Source: Candidatus Heimdallarchaeota archaeon B3_Heim (GTDB lineage Archaea; Asgardarchaeota; Heimdallarchaeia; Hodarchaeales; Hodarchaeaceae). From it: a DNA stretch of 32,000 nucleotides. The stretch lies in contig NJBF01000021.1 in the NCBI GenBank assembly GCA_003144275.1, positions 1 to 32,000 on the forward strand, read 5' to 3'. The notes beneath the pieces were generated by a model. The model was not told the DNA's origin. It ran no database searches and saw nothing but the letters and a program-made list of their open reading frames with translations. The position numbers and the translations under genes are program-made. Of this stretch, positions 1 through 9,671 are shown piece by piece; position 1 is the first letter of the stretch; each line of letters begins with the position of its first letter.

Positions 1-1
1 T

Positions 2-112
2 GTTGATTGGCTAGATTATGATCAGAAATACGGCAGTACTCTTCCAAATCTTCTAACTGCCCTCATAAAAGTAGTTCCTTCAATGGAGGTGACGCGTTGT
101 AAAAGCTATTAA
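2..112 (+). CDS. possible 3' end of a gene entering from the left edge (VDWLDYDQKYG...RCKSY*)
   Basis: Open frame from position 2 to TAA at 110-112, converging on the next gene; too short to assign a family. Confidence 0.3.
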   Translation, partial: VDWLDYDQKYGSTLPNLLTALIKVVPSMEVTRCKSY

Positions 113-140
113 AAAAAAAGTGGAAAAAAAAGAGGGAAAA
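111..140 (-). terminator. archaeal-type oligo(T) terminator of the 153-1874 gene
   Basis: A9 (111-119) and A8 (124-131) tracts on +, i.e. T-tracts on -, just downstream of the stop at 153. Confidence 0.55.
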
Positions 141-152
141 GGGATTTGATGC

Positions 153-1874
153 TTATTTTCGTTTCTTCCTCTTGATTAAAACAACTATTGTAGTCATTAC
201 CAATAAGGGGGAAATATATTCAAATCCAGGAATAAGACCGCCACCACCAGCATTACCACCAGCAATAGGATCAGCATCTTCAGGATCAGGAATACTTGAT
301 ATTTGATCTGATTGAAGTACGATATTGGCATCTAGAGAAATTGAACCCGTCTCATAAGCACCTGCATCTGCTGGGATATCTGTTGCACTGACTAAAGCAA
401 CAATTTCAACACCTGCACCTGCTAACAATCCTTCTTTAGTGTATGCAAACCAATTATTGGAAGTAACTTCAACAGAAAGTTTAGATGTTGTTTTAAGTCC
501 AATTGCCTCTGCTCCTTCTATTTGGCCTGCATTCCAATCAAGGTCTAACTTTGACTCGGAATAAAAGAACATCGTAGTCTCGCTTTCACGTAATTCGTAG
601 ACTGAATCAAGAGTATTCAAATCCAATCCTAATGAAGTAACATTTTCTTCCTTGAAAAACGCTTCTACTGCTTTCTCGACGATCTCATTTACTTGAGATA
701 GCGATGTTGTTGAAGCGGCCCACATATCCCAATCTGGAGTGATACCAGGAGCTAAAGTCGGAACAAGAGCAACTGATCCGCCCCATGGAGTATACGGTAA
801 ATCAGAGAAAATCATATCCTCTTGATTAACAACTGGGGTTCCCGTGAAGCCGTTCCACCACAGGTCGCCACCAGCTTGTTCCATCATTTCTGTTTCTGGA
901 TTATAAACTTCAATTATAGTATTATAATACATACCAGTAACTTCTTGGATGTCAAATTTTATAACAGGCATATTAGCAAGGTCCGTGACAATATCTCCTA
1001 TATAGACGAGAGTATCGTCGATTTGGTCACTCGTTGCTGTGGAAAATCCAGTAACTGAATGAGTAAATTCAGCAGTGGTAAAGCTAAGAACCATGTCACC
1101 CAAGGTGCTTATAGTAAGTGGGAGGACGTTTTCTTCTTTTTTGTCAAAAGTTAAAGCTATTCCTAAGTGATTGGAAACACCATCACCAGTCAGGTCACCA
1201 TCAACGGTTCCACTAATGCTCTTAAAGACACCAGCATTATCACCCTCTCTAAACCAGGAAACTGATATAGAAATAGCAACACCATCAGGAGTTGTTCCTG
1301 ACATCGAAAATTCAAAGTCTGAACCGGCAGCATTTGTGACTGTAACTGGTGCGTCTGCACTATCAAGTGCTTCAAGTTCTGTTTGATATGTGTTCCAATC
1401 AGCTGGATTTAAATAGAATGGTAGAGCACCAACGTCTTCATTACTCGCTAACATTTCAGTCATATCGGAACCTGGTAATGAACCAAGTCCTATTCCTACT
1501 CCTTCGGTTAAAGTGAATTCAGTGCCAAAAATATCGATTATAGCTGGATCGGCATCATCTGGAAGGGGAATTTCTATTGTTTTTCCCAAAACAACGTAGA
1601 AATCAAGCATATAGTACCCATTTTCATAAGTATCCATTACTTTAACTCCTACCGTACTCCCCGAGAGGTCAAACACAAAGTCTGCTAAATCAAACGGTGC
1701 CTCTTCTGGGGGAATTAACTCTTCCCAAGGGACATCCCATGTACTAACATCGTAAATAAAAGTATCCCCAGGATCAATATTTGTTGGGGTAACCGCATCT
1801 ACTGACAAGAAAAATATAGTACTCAGCATTAGGATGCTTGCTACGACCGACAAAATTCGTAATCTTTTCATCAT
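153..1874 (-). CDS. acidic cell-surface protein with signal peptide and PGF-CTERM-like anchor
   Basis: 573 aa; N-terminal MMKRLR plus hydrophobic helix; D/E-rich body; C-terminus GGGGLIPGF-EYISPLLVMTTIVVLI-KRKKRK (PGF, TM, basic tail); AAGGAG RBS upstream; paralog of 2251-4122. Confidence 0.8.
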   Translation of the reverse strand: MMKRLRILSVVASILMLSTIFFLSVDAVTPTNIDPGDTFIYDVSTWDVPWEELIPPEEAPFDLADFVFDLSGSTVGVKVMDTYENGYYMLDFYVVLGKTIEIPLPDDADPAIIDIFGTEFTLTEGVGIGLGSLPGSDMTEMLASNEDVGALPFYLNPADWNTYQTELEALDSADAPVTVTNAAGSDFEFSMSGTTPDGVAISISVSWFREGDNAGVFKSISGTVDGDLTGDGVSNHLGIALTFDKKEENVLPLTISTLGDMVLSFTTAEFTHSVTGFSTATSDQIDDTLVYIGDIVTDLANMPVIKFDIQEVTGMYYNTIIEVYNPETEMMEQAGGDLWWNGFTGTPVVNQEDMIFSDLPYTPWGGSVALVPTLAPGITPDWDMWAASTTSLSQVNEIVEKAVEAFFKEENVTSLGLDLNTLDSVYELRESETTMFFYSESKLDLDWNAGQIEGAEAIGLKTTSKLSVEVTSNNWFAYTKEGLLAGAGVEIVALVSATDIPADAGAYETGSISLDANIVLQSDQISSIPDPEDADPIAGGNAGGGGLIPGFEYISPLLVMTTIVVLIKRKKRK

Positions 1875-2216
1875 AAGTTTCTCCTTTCAATTCTTAAATT
1901 TCACTTCATTGTGAAATAATGCAAGAATCATCTAGTTCGACAGGATTCATTAAATAAAAGACTAACCTTATCGGCTCAAAGTAGAAATAAATTCAAAAAA
2001 CTTGTAGAGACGATTTTTTGACTTAATCGTATATTAAGGATGTTTTTGAAAAGACTATACCTTTTAATTTATCATTTTCAGTAGAGGAAAAAAACTCTTA
2101 ATGATGAAACAGCTAGAATAATGGAGACCAATTATTCAAAGAGCTTCTTCATCCAAAATTATATAAGAAATGAAACCCCTTCAAATATGAACTCCGATAG
2201 AGCAATTTGTCGGGAG

Positions 2217-2224
2217 TTTAAATA
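2217..2224 (+). promoter_or_regulatory. archaeal TATA box (TTTAAATA) for the 2251 gene
   Basis: Consensus box 27 nt upstream of ATG 2251. Confidence 0.5.
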
Positions 2225-2250
2225 GAAAAATAGAAATTTGAGGGAATATT

Positions 2251-4122
2251 ATGAAAAAGAAGACAGCTTTTATTTTGATTGGAATTCTTGCTATTCCTTT
2301 CATCCTTACTACAATGTCAGTACAAGCCCGACTCGATGGTCTTGCTATAGGTGATACATTTAAATATACGGTATCCGATTTTGATTACCCATCGTACAAT
2401 TTCATATACGATAATCCAGAAGAAATGCCATATGATCCAAATGATTACATCATTGACTTAACAGGCAGTATGATTGGGATGAAAATAATGGATATTGGAA
2501 TTAACGGATACTATGGAGCAAATGAATACATTGTATTGGATAAAGCAATACAAATCCCCATCCCGTATTATCCCGAGGCAATAGGTTCTGAAAATCTACT
2601 GTATGATATGTTTGGTGATACCGTTACAGTGCCCAGCGGTGTAGGTATAGGACTAGGTGTAACAGCTACATTAAGTGATTTATTGTATACAATTAACAAT
2701 CCAGACGATTATAACGACTACTACTATTCTCTATATGGAATAGGTATAGCCATGTCGGTGTTATATCTGGATCCAGGATCTTGGGATACATATGAAACGT
2801 ATTTTCGTGAGAGTGGTGAGAATTATACTAGTAGTCAATCCTCCACTACGACTTATATAGATGTAACCCGAACGAGTAGTGAGTTTATTGTCTCTGTAAC
2901 AATGGAACACCAGTATACTTGGGATGATCCCCAATATGGATATACCGATACGACTACAAGTGAATATAGACTTAGTTGGTATATAACAGGATCAAATGCA
3001 GGAATCTTGTATAAACAATATTCGCTAATTGATAGCCAGACCACTTACACGGGTACAGACTATAGCGATCTTCCAGATAGGCATATTCATCAAGGAATAG
3101 AGATAAAATTCGAGTCTAAGGAAAATCTTCCTCTACCTTTAGAAGTGAGAGCTTACGAGGATATAAGCTTGAAAATAGAAGATGCGAGTGTGGATGTATG
3201 GACGAATGGTTTTTTTGATGTGGAGGCAATCAATGATGGAATAGCGTCTTTTACTGACGATTTTACGGGAGCTATTGGCAAAGAAGTTCTTAAATTCGAG
3301 ATAGAGTCCATTCAAGGATGTTATTATGAAACAACGATTCATACTTATGATGGATCCACTCAGTCATTAGTCGAGCAACCAGGAACAATATGGTGGAATG
3401 GTTTCTCTGGATTTCCTACCTACAAAGATAACTGGTATTATGGTGGAGATGAACCTCCCCTTGATTATTGGGGTGGAACTTTGGCTATAGTGCCTTTCAG
3501 TCCCGCCATCACTCCTGATTATGATATGTGGCGAGGTACAACTAAATCAATGGATGCTATATTTCAGGTGATAAAAACTGCAGTTACTTCAATGCCTGGA
3601 GAGGAGTTCTTAACCGAAAATGGATTTATCGTAGGGAATTTTGATTTATCTAGTGAATTACGTACTACTGGTAGTTACAAGTACATCTACTTATATGGTG
3701 GGTTTGATATTAGTTTTGATAGTAATTTAGTTGAATCCTCCAAACGTAGCAGCTCATGGATACCAGATCAAAGCTTCTCTTTTTATCTTAATCTGGATAC
3801 TTGGATTTCTTATACTTTCCAAGGATTAATCGCAGGTGTGGGAATAGATATCAATTTCGATCTTGGATTCACAAACTTCCAAGTTGATGAAGAATGGGAT
3901 GAGGGGAAGTATGAATGGGTACCTGTTTATGATAATGGGTACCTAGACCTGAATCTATCAGTTAAACTCCAAAACACAAAATTCTCGAATATACCTGAAG
4001 CTTCGGAGGCTGATCCCGACCTTGGTAATGGCGATGGGGGTTTAATTCCAAGTTTCACGTTGGTAACCGCAATTCTTGTTTTAGCTTCCTCTAGTGCAAT
4101 TTTACGAAGGAAAAGAAGGTAG
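2251..4122 (+). CDS. cell-surface protein with signal peptide and PGF-like (PSF) CTERM anchor; paralog of 153-1874
   Basis: 623 aa; MKKK plus hydrophobic helix; shares motifs GDTFxYxVS, DLxGSxxGxKxMD, WWNGFxGxP, WGGxxAxVP, ITPDxDMW, GLxAGxG with the divergent gene; ends GGLIPSF-TM-RRKRR. Confidence 0.8.
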   Translation: MKKKTAFILIGILAIPFILTTMSVQARLDGLAIGDTFKYTVSDFDYPSYNFIYDNPEEMPYDPNDYIIDLTGSMIGMKIMDIGINGYYGANEYIVLDKAIQIPIPYYPEAIGSENLLYDMFGDTVTVPSGVGIGLGVTATLSDLLYTINNPDDYNDYYYSLYGIGIAMSVLYLDPGSWDTYETYFRESGENYTSSQSSTTTYIDVTRTSSEFIVSVTMEHQYTWDDPQYGYTDTTTSEYRLSWYITGSNAGILYKQYSLIDSQTTYTGTDYSDLPDRHIHQGIEIKFESKENLPLPLEVRAYEDISLKIEDASVDVWTNGFFDVEAINDGIASFTDDFTGAIGKEVLKFEIESIQGCYYETTIHTYDGSTQSLVEQPGTIWWNGFSGFPTYKDNWYYGGDEPPLDYWGGTLAIVPFSPAITPDYDMWRGTTKSMDAIFQVIKTAVTSMPGEEFLTENGFIVGNFDLSSELRTTGSYKYIYLYGGFDISFDSNLVESSKRSSSWIPDQSFSFYLNLDTWISYTFQGLIAGVGIDINFDLGFTNFQVDEEWDEGKYEWVPVYDNGYLDLNLSVKLQNTKFSNIPEASEADPDLGNGDGGLIPSFTLVTAILVLASSSAILRRKRR

Positions 4123-4125
4123 CTC

Positions 4126-4174
4126 TTTTTTTTCTTCACCTCTTTTTTTTTTATTCTACCTCTAGTTTTTTTTT
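4126..4174 (+). terminator. triple oligo(T) terminator
   Basis: T8 (4126-4133), T10 (4143-4152) and T9 (4166-4174) right after stop 4122, with ACCTCT repeated at 4138 and 4158. Confidence 0.6.
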
Positions 4175-4258
4175 GCCCTCCTCAAAAACTATTTGTACAG
4201 TTACGTACGAACAGTCGATTCGCTTGTTTATATTTCTAAGTTTGAATCTGGGATAAAA

Positions 4259-5800
4259 ATGTTAAAGAATGCTGTTGGAAGGAATGTCCCTAAGCGATTG
4301 TTTGGAAGAGAATATTTACCATATGCAGGAGCCTATTCCACCGCGCCCAAGGGACGACGGGCGGGAAGACGATATCGAACTAATATTATTACACCAGAGA
4401 ACAGACGGATTTATGATGATCTGGAGAAAGTAATTCGTAAAGTTGGACTAAAAGATGGGATGTGTCTTGGATTTAACCACAATTTACGCTATGGGGATCT
4501 AGTGATCTGTCAAGTCATGGATACTATTGCTAGTATGGGAATTAAGAATCTAACACTTGCCTCAACCGCGTTATTCCCGAATCATGAACCATTAATTGAA
4601 CATGTACATTCAGGAGTCATTAGTGAGATTTCTGGTAGTTTGAATGGGCCAATTGGAAAAGCCGTGTCTATAGGTGAAGTCAATGTCCCAACTAGCCTGC
4701 GTTCACATGGTGGACGAGCACGAGCCGTTGAGTGTGATGATTTACATCTTGATGTAGCTTTTGTGGCCTCCCCAGCGGTTGATCTGATGGGGAATATGAA
4801 TGGATGTCAAGGAAAATCGGCCTTTGGAGCAAATGGATTTGCTAATGAAACGGATTCAGTTTATGCGGATCATGTGGTGCTAATCACGGACAATCTCACC
4901 GAAGAGCCAGTAACTCCAGTTAGTATCCGTGGCTCAAATGTTGACTATATTGTCACTGTCGATAAAATAGGGGATCCGAACAAAATTGTTGCTGGGAGCT
5001 TGGGGAGAAATGTTACAGGAAGACATACTGCGATAGCCGAAGAAGTGATAACTGTAGCTCAGGCAGCAGGGTATATCAAGAAAGGATTTTCGTTTCAAGC
5101 TGGGGCAGGTGGAGTTTCTTTAGCAACCGTTCATTACTTAGAGGAAATAATGACCGAAAAAAAGCTGACAGGGAGCTTTATTCACGGCGGTACCACAGAA
5201 GCAGCGGTTGAACTCCTAGAAGCAGGTATATTTCAAAGGATTTATGATGGACAATCATTTGATCTTACCGCGGTAAAATCTCTCAAAGAAAACCCTCTCC
5301 ATATTGAAAGCTCAGTTTATCATTCATATAATATATACGCGCCTGGTGGACCATTAGCGAATTATGTTGATGTTGTCGCATTGGGTGCTACTGAAATAGA
5401 CCTTGATTTTAATGTAAATGTGAATACTCATAGTGATGGTTTGTTGCTTCATGGGATTGGAGGGCATACAGATGCCGCTGCAGCTCGTTTGACTATTATA
5501 ACATGTCCCATTTCGAGGAAAGTTCCTATAGTCCGGGATAGAGTTACGACAATTTCAACTCCTGGAGAAATGATAGATGTTGTGATAACCAATGCAGGTA
5601 TTGCAGTCAATCCTAAGAATTCTAAGCTCATTAAACAATTAAAAAACTCGGATGTAGCCATTCTTGATATGAAAGATCTTCGTGATATGGCTTATGGCGA
5701 GGCAGAAATAATTGAACCTGAGTTTACAGATGAAATCTGTACAGCCGTTGAATATCGTGATGGAACACTGATGGATGTTATCTATCGAGTTAACACGTAA
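4259..5800 (+). CDS. citF: citrate lyase alpha subunit / citrate CoA-transferase (family II CoA-transferase)
   Basis: MLKNAVGRxVP N-terminus, FNHNLRYGD (cf. FHHHxRxGD), SHGGRARA, QAGAGG, GGHTDAAA motifs; ATG 4259 preferred over the ORF-track TTG 4193, which lies next to the upstream terminator. Confidence 0.85.
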   Translation: MLKNAVGRNVPKRLFGREYLPYAGAYSTAPKGRRAGRRYRTNIITPENRRIYDDLEKVIRKVGLKDGMCLGFNHNLRYGDLVICQVMDTIASMGIKNLTLASTALFPNHEPLIEHVHSGVISEISGSLNGPIGKAVSIGEVNVPTSLRSHGGRARAVECDDLHLDVAFVASPAVDLMGNMNGCQGKSAFGANGFANETDSVYADHVVLITDNLTEEPVTPVSIRGSNVDYIVTVDKIGDPNKIVAGSLGRNVTGRHTAIAEEVITVAQAAGYIKKGFSFQAGAGGVSLATVHYLEEIMTEKKLTGSFIHGGTTEAAVELLEAGIFQRIYDGQSFDLTAVKSLKENPLHIESSVYHSYNIYAPGGPLANYVDVVALGATEIDLDFNVNVNTHSDGLLLHGIGGHTDAAAARLTIITCPISRKVPIVRDRVTTISTPGEMIDVVITNAGIAVNPKNSKLIKQLKNSDVAILDMKDLRDMAYGEAEIIEPEFTDEICTAVEYRDGTLMDVIYRVNT

Positions 5801-5855
5801 TTTAAATTAATCTTAAACTTGAGAATCTAACACAAAGTTTCAGAGTAGAACCAAA

Positions 5856-6245
5856 ATGAGCTGGGAAGAAATTGACAAGTTACTAGTCAAGATGTTTGAT
5901 TCACAGATTAGGAAGCTAAGAAATCGACAGACACACGTTGAAGACTCAAAACGGCCTAATGAATCTCCCTCCTCTGATTTTAAGGAATGGTTATCAGATT
6001 ATATTCAAGATTGTTCTGATTATGAAGAATTTGAAAAATCTCGCCTAATCTGCAAGTTTTGTGGAGAAAAAATCGATAATGCTAATTTTATAGCAATAAG
6101 CCACCCCGATTGTCCAGAGGATTACACAAAACAACTCTATTTTCATTCTACTGACCATTGTAATTCACGAGTACGTTATTTGAAGATAACACGGAAAATG
6201 TGGTTAATACGGTATCAGCTGGAAGGAAAACTGAAGAATACTTAG
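5856..6245 (+). CDS. hypothetical protein with Cys/His putative metal-binding motif
   Basis: 129 aa ORF filling the citF-acnA gap; CKFC...HPDC...YFHSTDHC. Confidence 0.6.
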   Translation: MSWEEIDKLLVKMFDSQIRKLRNRQTHVEDSKRPNESPSSDFKEWLSDYIQDCSDYEEFEKSRLICKFCGEKIDNANFIAISHPDCPEDYTKQLYFHSTDHCNSRVRYLKITRKMWLIRYQLEGKLKNT

Positions 6246-6334
6246 ATTTTCAGGAATTTTTGTTTTCTTTCACGAAAATCTTAAAACTTTGCGTCCTTAG
6301 TGGTCTCTAGTTAAAAAGTTAGGAAGGAAATTAG

Positions 6335-9025
6335 TTGATCTCACTAGAAAATATTCAGAAAGTCAAACAGGTAAGAAATTATGGTCAAGATGACGTTTCT
6401 GTTTACAGTTTAAGTGTATTAGAGGATTTAGGAGTAGATATTAATCGTCTACCATTTTCTATACGGGTACTCTTGGAAAATGTCTTGAGAAGTCACGATG
6501 CTAAACTTATTACTATGGATGATGTGAACACGATAGCAAGTTGGCCTAAAGGACTGGGAAAAACAATTCCCTACATGCCCGCTCGTGTAGTATTACAAGA
6601 TTTAACCGGTGTTCCCCTTATTGTAGATATGGCTGCAATCCGAGAGGCGGTTCATACACTTGGTGGTGATCCTGCTGAGATTAATCCACTTATTCCGACT
6701 GATTTGATAATAGACCATTCAGTTCAAATCGATTTTTTCGGGGTGAATGACGCCTATGAACAAAATCTCGAAAAAGAGTATGAACGAAACTCAGAAAGAT
6801 ATAAACTGATCAAATGGGCCCAAAATTCATTTCAGAATACTCGCATTGTTCCCACAGGATCTGGTATTTGTCATCAAGTGAATCTTGAATATCTGGCGTC
6901 AGTTATTGACGTTCGTGAAGTAAATGGAGAAAAAATCGCTTTAGTTGATACGTGTGTAGGTACCGATAGTCACACTCCCATGGTTAATGGTGTTAGCGTG
7001 ATTGGTTGGGGTGTTGGCGGGATAGAAGCCGAAGCTGTTATGTTAGGACAACCCTATTACCTTCCCCTCCCTGAAGTTGTGGGAGTAAGGTTATCTGGAG
7101 AATTACCTGAAGGTACCACGGCAACAGACTTAGTCCTTACAATTACCGAGAATTTACGAAAACGCAATCTTGTAGGGAAATTTGTTGAGTATTTCGGTCC
7201 AGGAGTAGCTAATTTGTCTGTCCCAGATCGTGCAACACTTAGCAATATGTCTCCTGAAATGGGAATAACAGTTGGCTTTTGGGCAATTGATCAACAAACA
7301 CTAAACTATCTAGAGTTAAGTGGCCGAGATCCAGAACATATTTCATTTGTTAAGCAGTATGCTCAAGATCAGAAGTTGTTCAGGACGGTTGACACACCTG
7401 ATCCTCATTTTACCGAAGTCATTGAAGTGAACCTCTCACAAATAGAACCTTCCATCGCTGGACCGCTGAATCCTGAGGAACAGGTGACATTAGCTGATGT
7501 GAAAAATCGAGTAGGGACTTTTCTGGATGAACACATGAAAGAGAGAAATCGTGAAAGAAGTCGGGTAAATATTGAGTTGGATGGTATTACATGGCCTATT
7601 ACTGATGGAGATCTAGTAATTGCAGCAATTACCTCTTGTACCAATACCTCAAATCCTAGTGTTATGATAGGTGCAGCTCTACTGGCTAAAAAGGCAGTTA
7701 AACTAGGATTACGAGTTAAACCCACAATTAAAACTAGCCTTGCTCCAGGCTCAAAGGTGGTAACCGATTATCTTGATGATTTACATTTAACACCATACCT
7801 TGAAGCGCTTGGTTTTCATCTTGTCGGATACGGATGCACAACCTGCATTGGAAATAGTGGCCCACTTCGCCCTGAAATCGAAGAGGCTGTTAAGAAGCAT
7901 GACCTTTACGTGACATCTGTACTTAGTGGAAATAGAAATTACGGTGGAAGAATTCATCAACTCACTCGTGGAAACTTTTTAGCTTCTCCCATGCTTGTAG
8001 TAGCCTTTGCTCTTGCGGGTACTGTTGACATCGACTTATCAAAGGATCCCCTTAGCTATACACCTAATGGAAAACCAATTTACCTGAAAGATATTTGGCC
8101 ATCTGCAGATGAGATTAATTATGCAGTCGAAAAAGGTCTTTCCTCCGAAATATACAAGAAAGAATACAGTATGATTAGTGAGGGCGACCCTAACTGGCAG
8201 GCCTTAAAAGCACCAACAACAACTCTCTTTGAATGGGATCCTGATTCAACATACATTCGGAATCCTCCGTTCTTTGAGGATCGTTACTTCTCTCTTAAAC
8301 CCAAATCCCTTGAAGATATCAAAGGCGCCCGAGTTCTCGGATTATTCCATGATAAAGTATCCACTGATCATATTAGTCCTGCCGGAGCTATTGCTACTGA
8401 AAGCCCAGCAGGAAAGCACCTAATTTCCAAAGGAGTGCCGATTGCAGCGTTCAATACATATGGAAGCCGTCGTGGAAATCACGAAATTATGATGCGAGGA
8501 ACTCTAGCTAATATTCGGGTGAAAAATCAGCTTACTCCATCCAAGGAGGGTTGGTGGACGGTACATCATCTCAGTGGCGAATTAACAAGTTTTTACGATG
8601 CTGCAATGAAGTATGAGGATAGTTCCACCCCAACAATTGTACTTGGTTCAGCCCTTTATGGTGTTGGTAGTTCTCGTGATTGGGCAGCTAAAGGTGTTGC
8701 TTTACTTGGTGCGCAAGCTGTGTTTGCTAAAAGCTTTGAACGAATTCATCGAAGTAATCTTGTTGGTATGGGTGTGCTTCCCCTCGAATTTGAGGAAGGC
8801 CAAGGTTGGCAAGAATTGGGATTAGACGGTACAGAGACTTATGACATTCTTGGTCTTGATGCAGGTTTAACACCAAAAATGAAATTGCAAGTTGTGGCTA
8901 ACAAGAGCGATGGATCAACTGTTAAGTTCTCAGTAGTTGCACGAGTGGATGCAGAGATCGAGATTGAATATTTCAAACACGGTGGAATCTTACAGTTCCT
9001 GGTTGCCTCTGTCATAAATAAATAG
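6335..9025 (+). CDS. acnA: aconitate hydratase AcnA
   Basis: 896 aa; LQDLTGVP, IDHSVQ, HQVNLE, GTDSHT, AAITSCTNTSNP, GCTTCIGNSG ([4Fe-4S] Cys), GSSRDWAAKG, SFERIHRSNL; TTG start with AGGAAGG upstream. Confidence 0.95.
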   Translation: MISLENIQKVKQVRNYGQDDVSVYSLSVLEDLGVDINRLPFSIRVLLENVLRSHDAKLITMDDVNTIASWPKGLGKTIPYMPARVVLQDLTGVPLIVDMAAIREAVHTLGGDPAEINPLIPTDLIIDHSVQIDFFGVNDAYEQNLEKEYERNSERYKLIKWAQNSFQNTRIVPTGSGICHQVNLEYLASVIDVREVNGEKIALVDTCVGTDSHTPMVNGVSVIGWGVGGIEAEAVMLGQPYYLPLPEVVGVRLSGELPEGTTATDLVLTITENLRKRNLVGKFVEYFGPGVANLSVPDRATLSNMSPEMGITVGFWAIDQQTLNYLELSGRDPEHISFVKQYAQDQKLFRTVDTPDPHFTEVIEVNLSQIEPSIAGPLNPEEQVTLADVKNRVGTFLDEHMKERNRERSRVNIELDGITWPITDGDLVIAAITSCTNTSNPSVMIGAALLAKKAVKLGLRVKPTIKTSLAPGSKVVTDYLDDLHLTPYLEALGFHLVGYGCTTCIGNSGPLRPEIEEAVKKHDLYVTSVLSGNRNYGGRIHQLTRGNFLASPMLVVAFALAGTVDIDLSKDPLSYTPNGKPIYLKDIWPSADEINYAVEKGLSSEIYKKEYSMISEGDPNWQALKAPTTTLFEWDPDSTYIRNPPFFEDRYFSLKPKSLEDIKGARVLGLFHDKVSTDHISPAGAIATESPAGKHLISKGVPIAAFNTYGSRRGNHEIMMRGTLANIRVKNQLTPSKEGWWTVHHLSGELTSFYDAAMKYEDSSTPTIVLGSALYGVGSSRDWAAKGVALLGAQAVFAKSFERIHRSNLVGMGVLPLEFEEGQGWQELGLDGTETYDILGLDAGLTPKMKLQVVANKSDGSTVKFSVVARVDAEIEIEYFKHGGILQFLVASVINK

Positions 9026-9048
9026 CTTTGGGGAGATACTCCTTATTT

Positions 9049-9549
9049 TTAAAATCCCCAAGCTCCTTTTTCTCGTGCTCTTTTTATTTCTAAAATCTGG
9101 CCTGCGTGAGTAAATACATGATTGAAATGCAGAACCAGAACTTTCATGTGATTTCTATTTTTCCAGTGTGGAGGAAGGAGTGAATCATCGGGAAATTCTT
9201 CTAACCAAGTATCGTCTTTTGCCATCAGTTCCTCGACAACTTTACTAGTTACCAGTTTAAATTGTGTAAACAAATCCTCAAGTGAAAATTGAGAGGGGAA
9301 TTCTCCTTCAGAGCTAAAACCAAATACTGTGTAATAGTCGTCAGGAAGTAAAGATGATTTTCCTAGTAGTAATTGATTAACAAATTGATCATGAGATACT
9401 AAAACATGCCCGACTATCCACCCTGCAGCGGGTGCAGAATTTTCACTTAGACGCCATCTAAGATCTTCTGGGGTTAAACCTTCTGTAACAAACTTCATTT
9501 GATTTTCTAGTGCGAAACAAAAAGATCGAATTACTGTTATTGCTCTCAT
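9049..9549 (-). CDS. DinB/YfiT-like four-helix metalloprotein
   Basis: 166 aa; GLTPEDLRW, WIVGHV and HVFTHAGQI His-triad pattern. Confidence 0.8.
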   Translation of the reverse strand: MRAITVIRSFCFALENQMKFVTEGLTPEDLRWRLSENSAPAAGWIVGHVLVSHDQFVNQLLLGKSSLLPDDYYTVFGFSSEGEFPSQFSLEDLFTQFKLVTSKVVEELMAKDDTWLEEFPDDSLLPPHWKNRNHMKVLVLHFNHVFTHAGQILEIKRAREKGAWGF

Positions 9550-9671
9550 CCAATACGCCTTCCTGAATTGAATTGATTCATTATTGAGAATTAAGTTCTC
9601 ACCAGTGATCTTTTATAGTTTTCAGCTATTTTTAACAACAAGCATCGGTACGATTCTTTTCTCCTTGGGAA

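Noticed and set aside
822-1386. Short ORFs 822-1058, 1171-1386 and 1190-1375
   Set aside because: Antisense or alternate-frame shadows inside the 573 aa surface gene; no motifs
2853-4139. Minus-strand ORFs 2853-3044, 3139-3342 and 3927-4139
   Set aside because: Antisense to a well-supported gene; the MKKKK start arises from the terminator T-tract
4193-4258. 22-codon N-terminal extension of CitF in the ORF track
   Set aside because: TTG lies next to the upstream terminator; CitF similarity begins at MLKNAVGR (4259)
5856-6245. Possible citD (citrate lyase ACP)
   Set aside because: No GTLESSD-type phosphoribosyl-dephospho-CoA attachment motif; too long and Cys-rich
7927-7956. AcnA motif variant GNRNYGGRIH (usual GNRNFEGRIH)
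   Set aside because: Both substrate-binding Arg residues and all Fe-S Cys are retained, and this position varies among aconitases; not enough to infer a new function
7057-8825. Overlapping ORFs within acnA (7057-7245, 7405-7725, 8229-8423, 8613-8825)
   Set aside because: Shadow frames of a conserved gene
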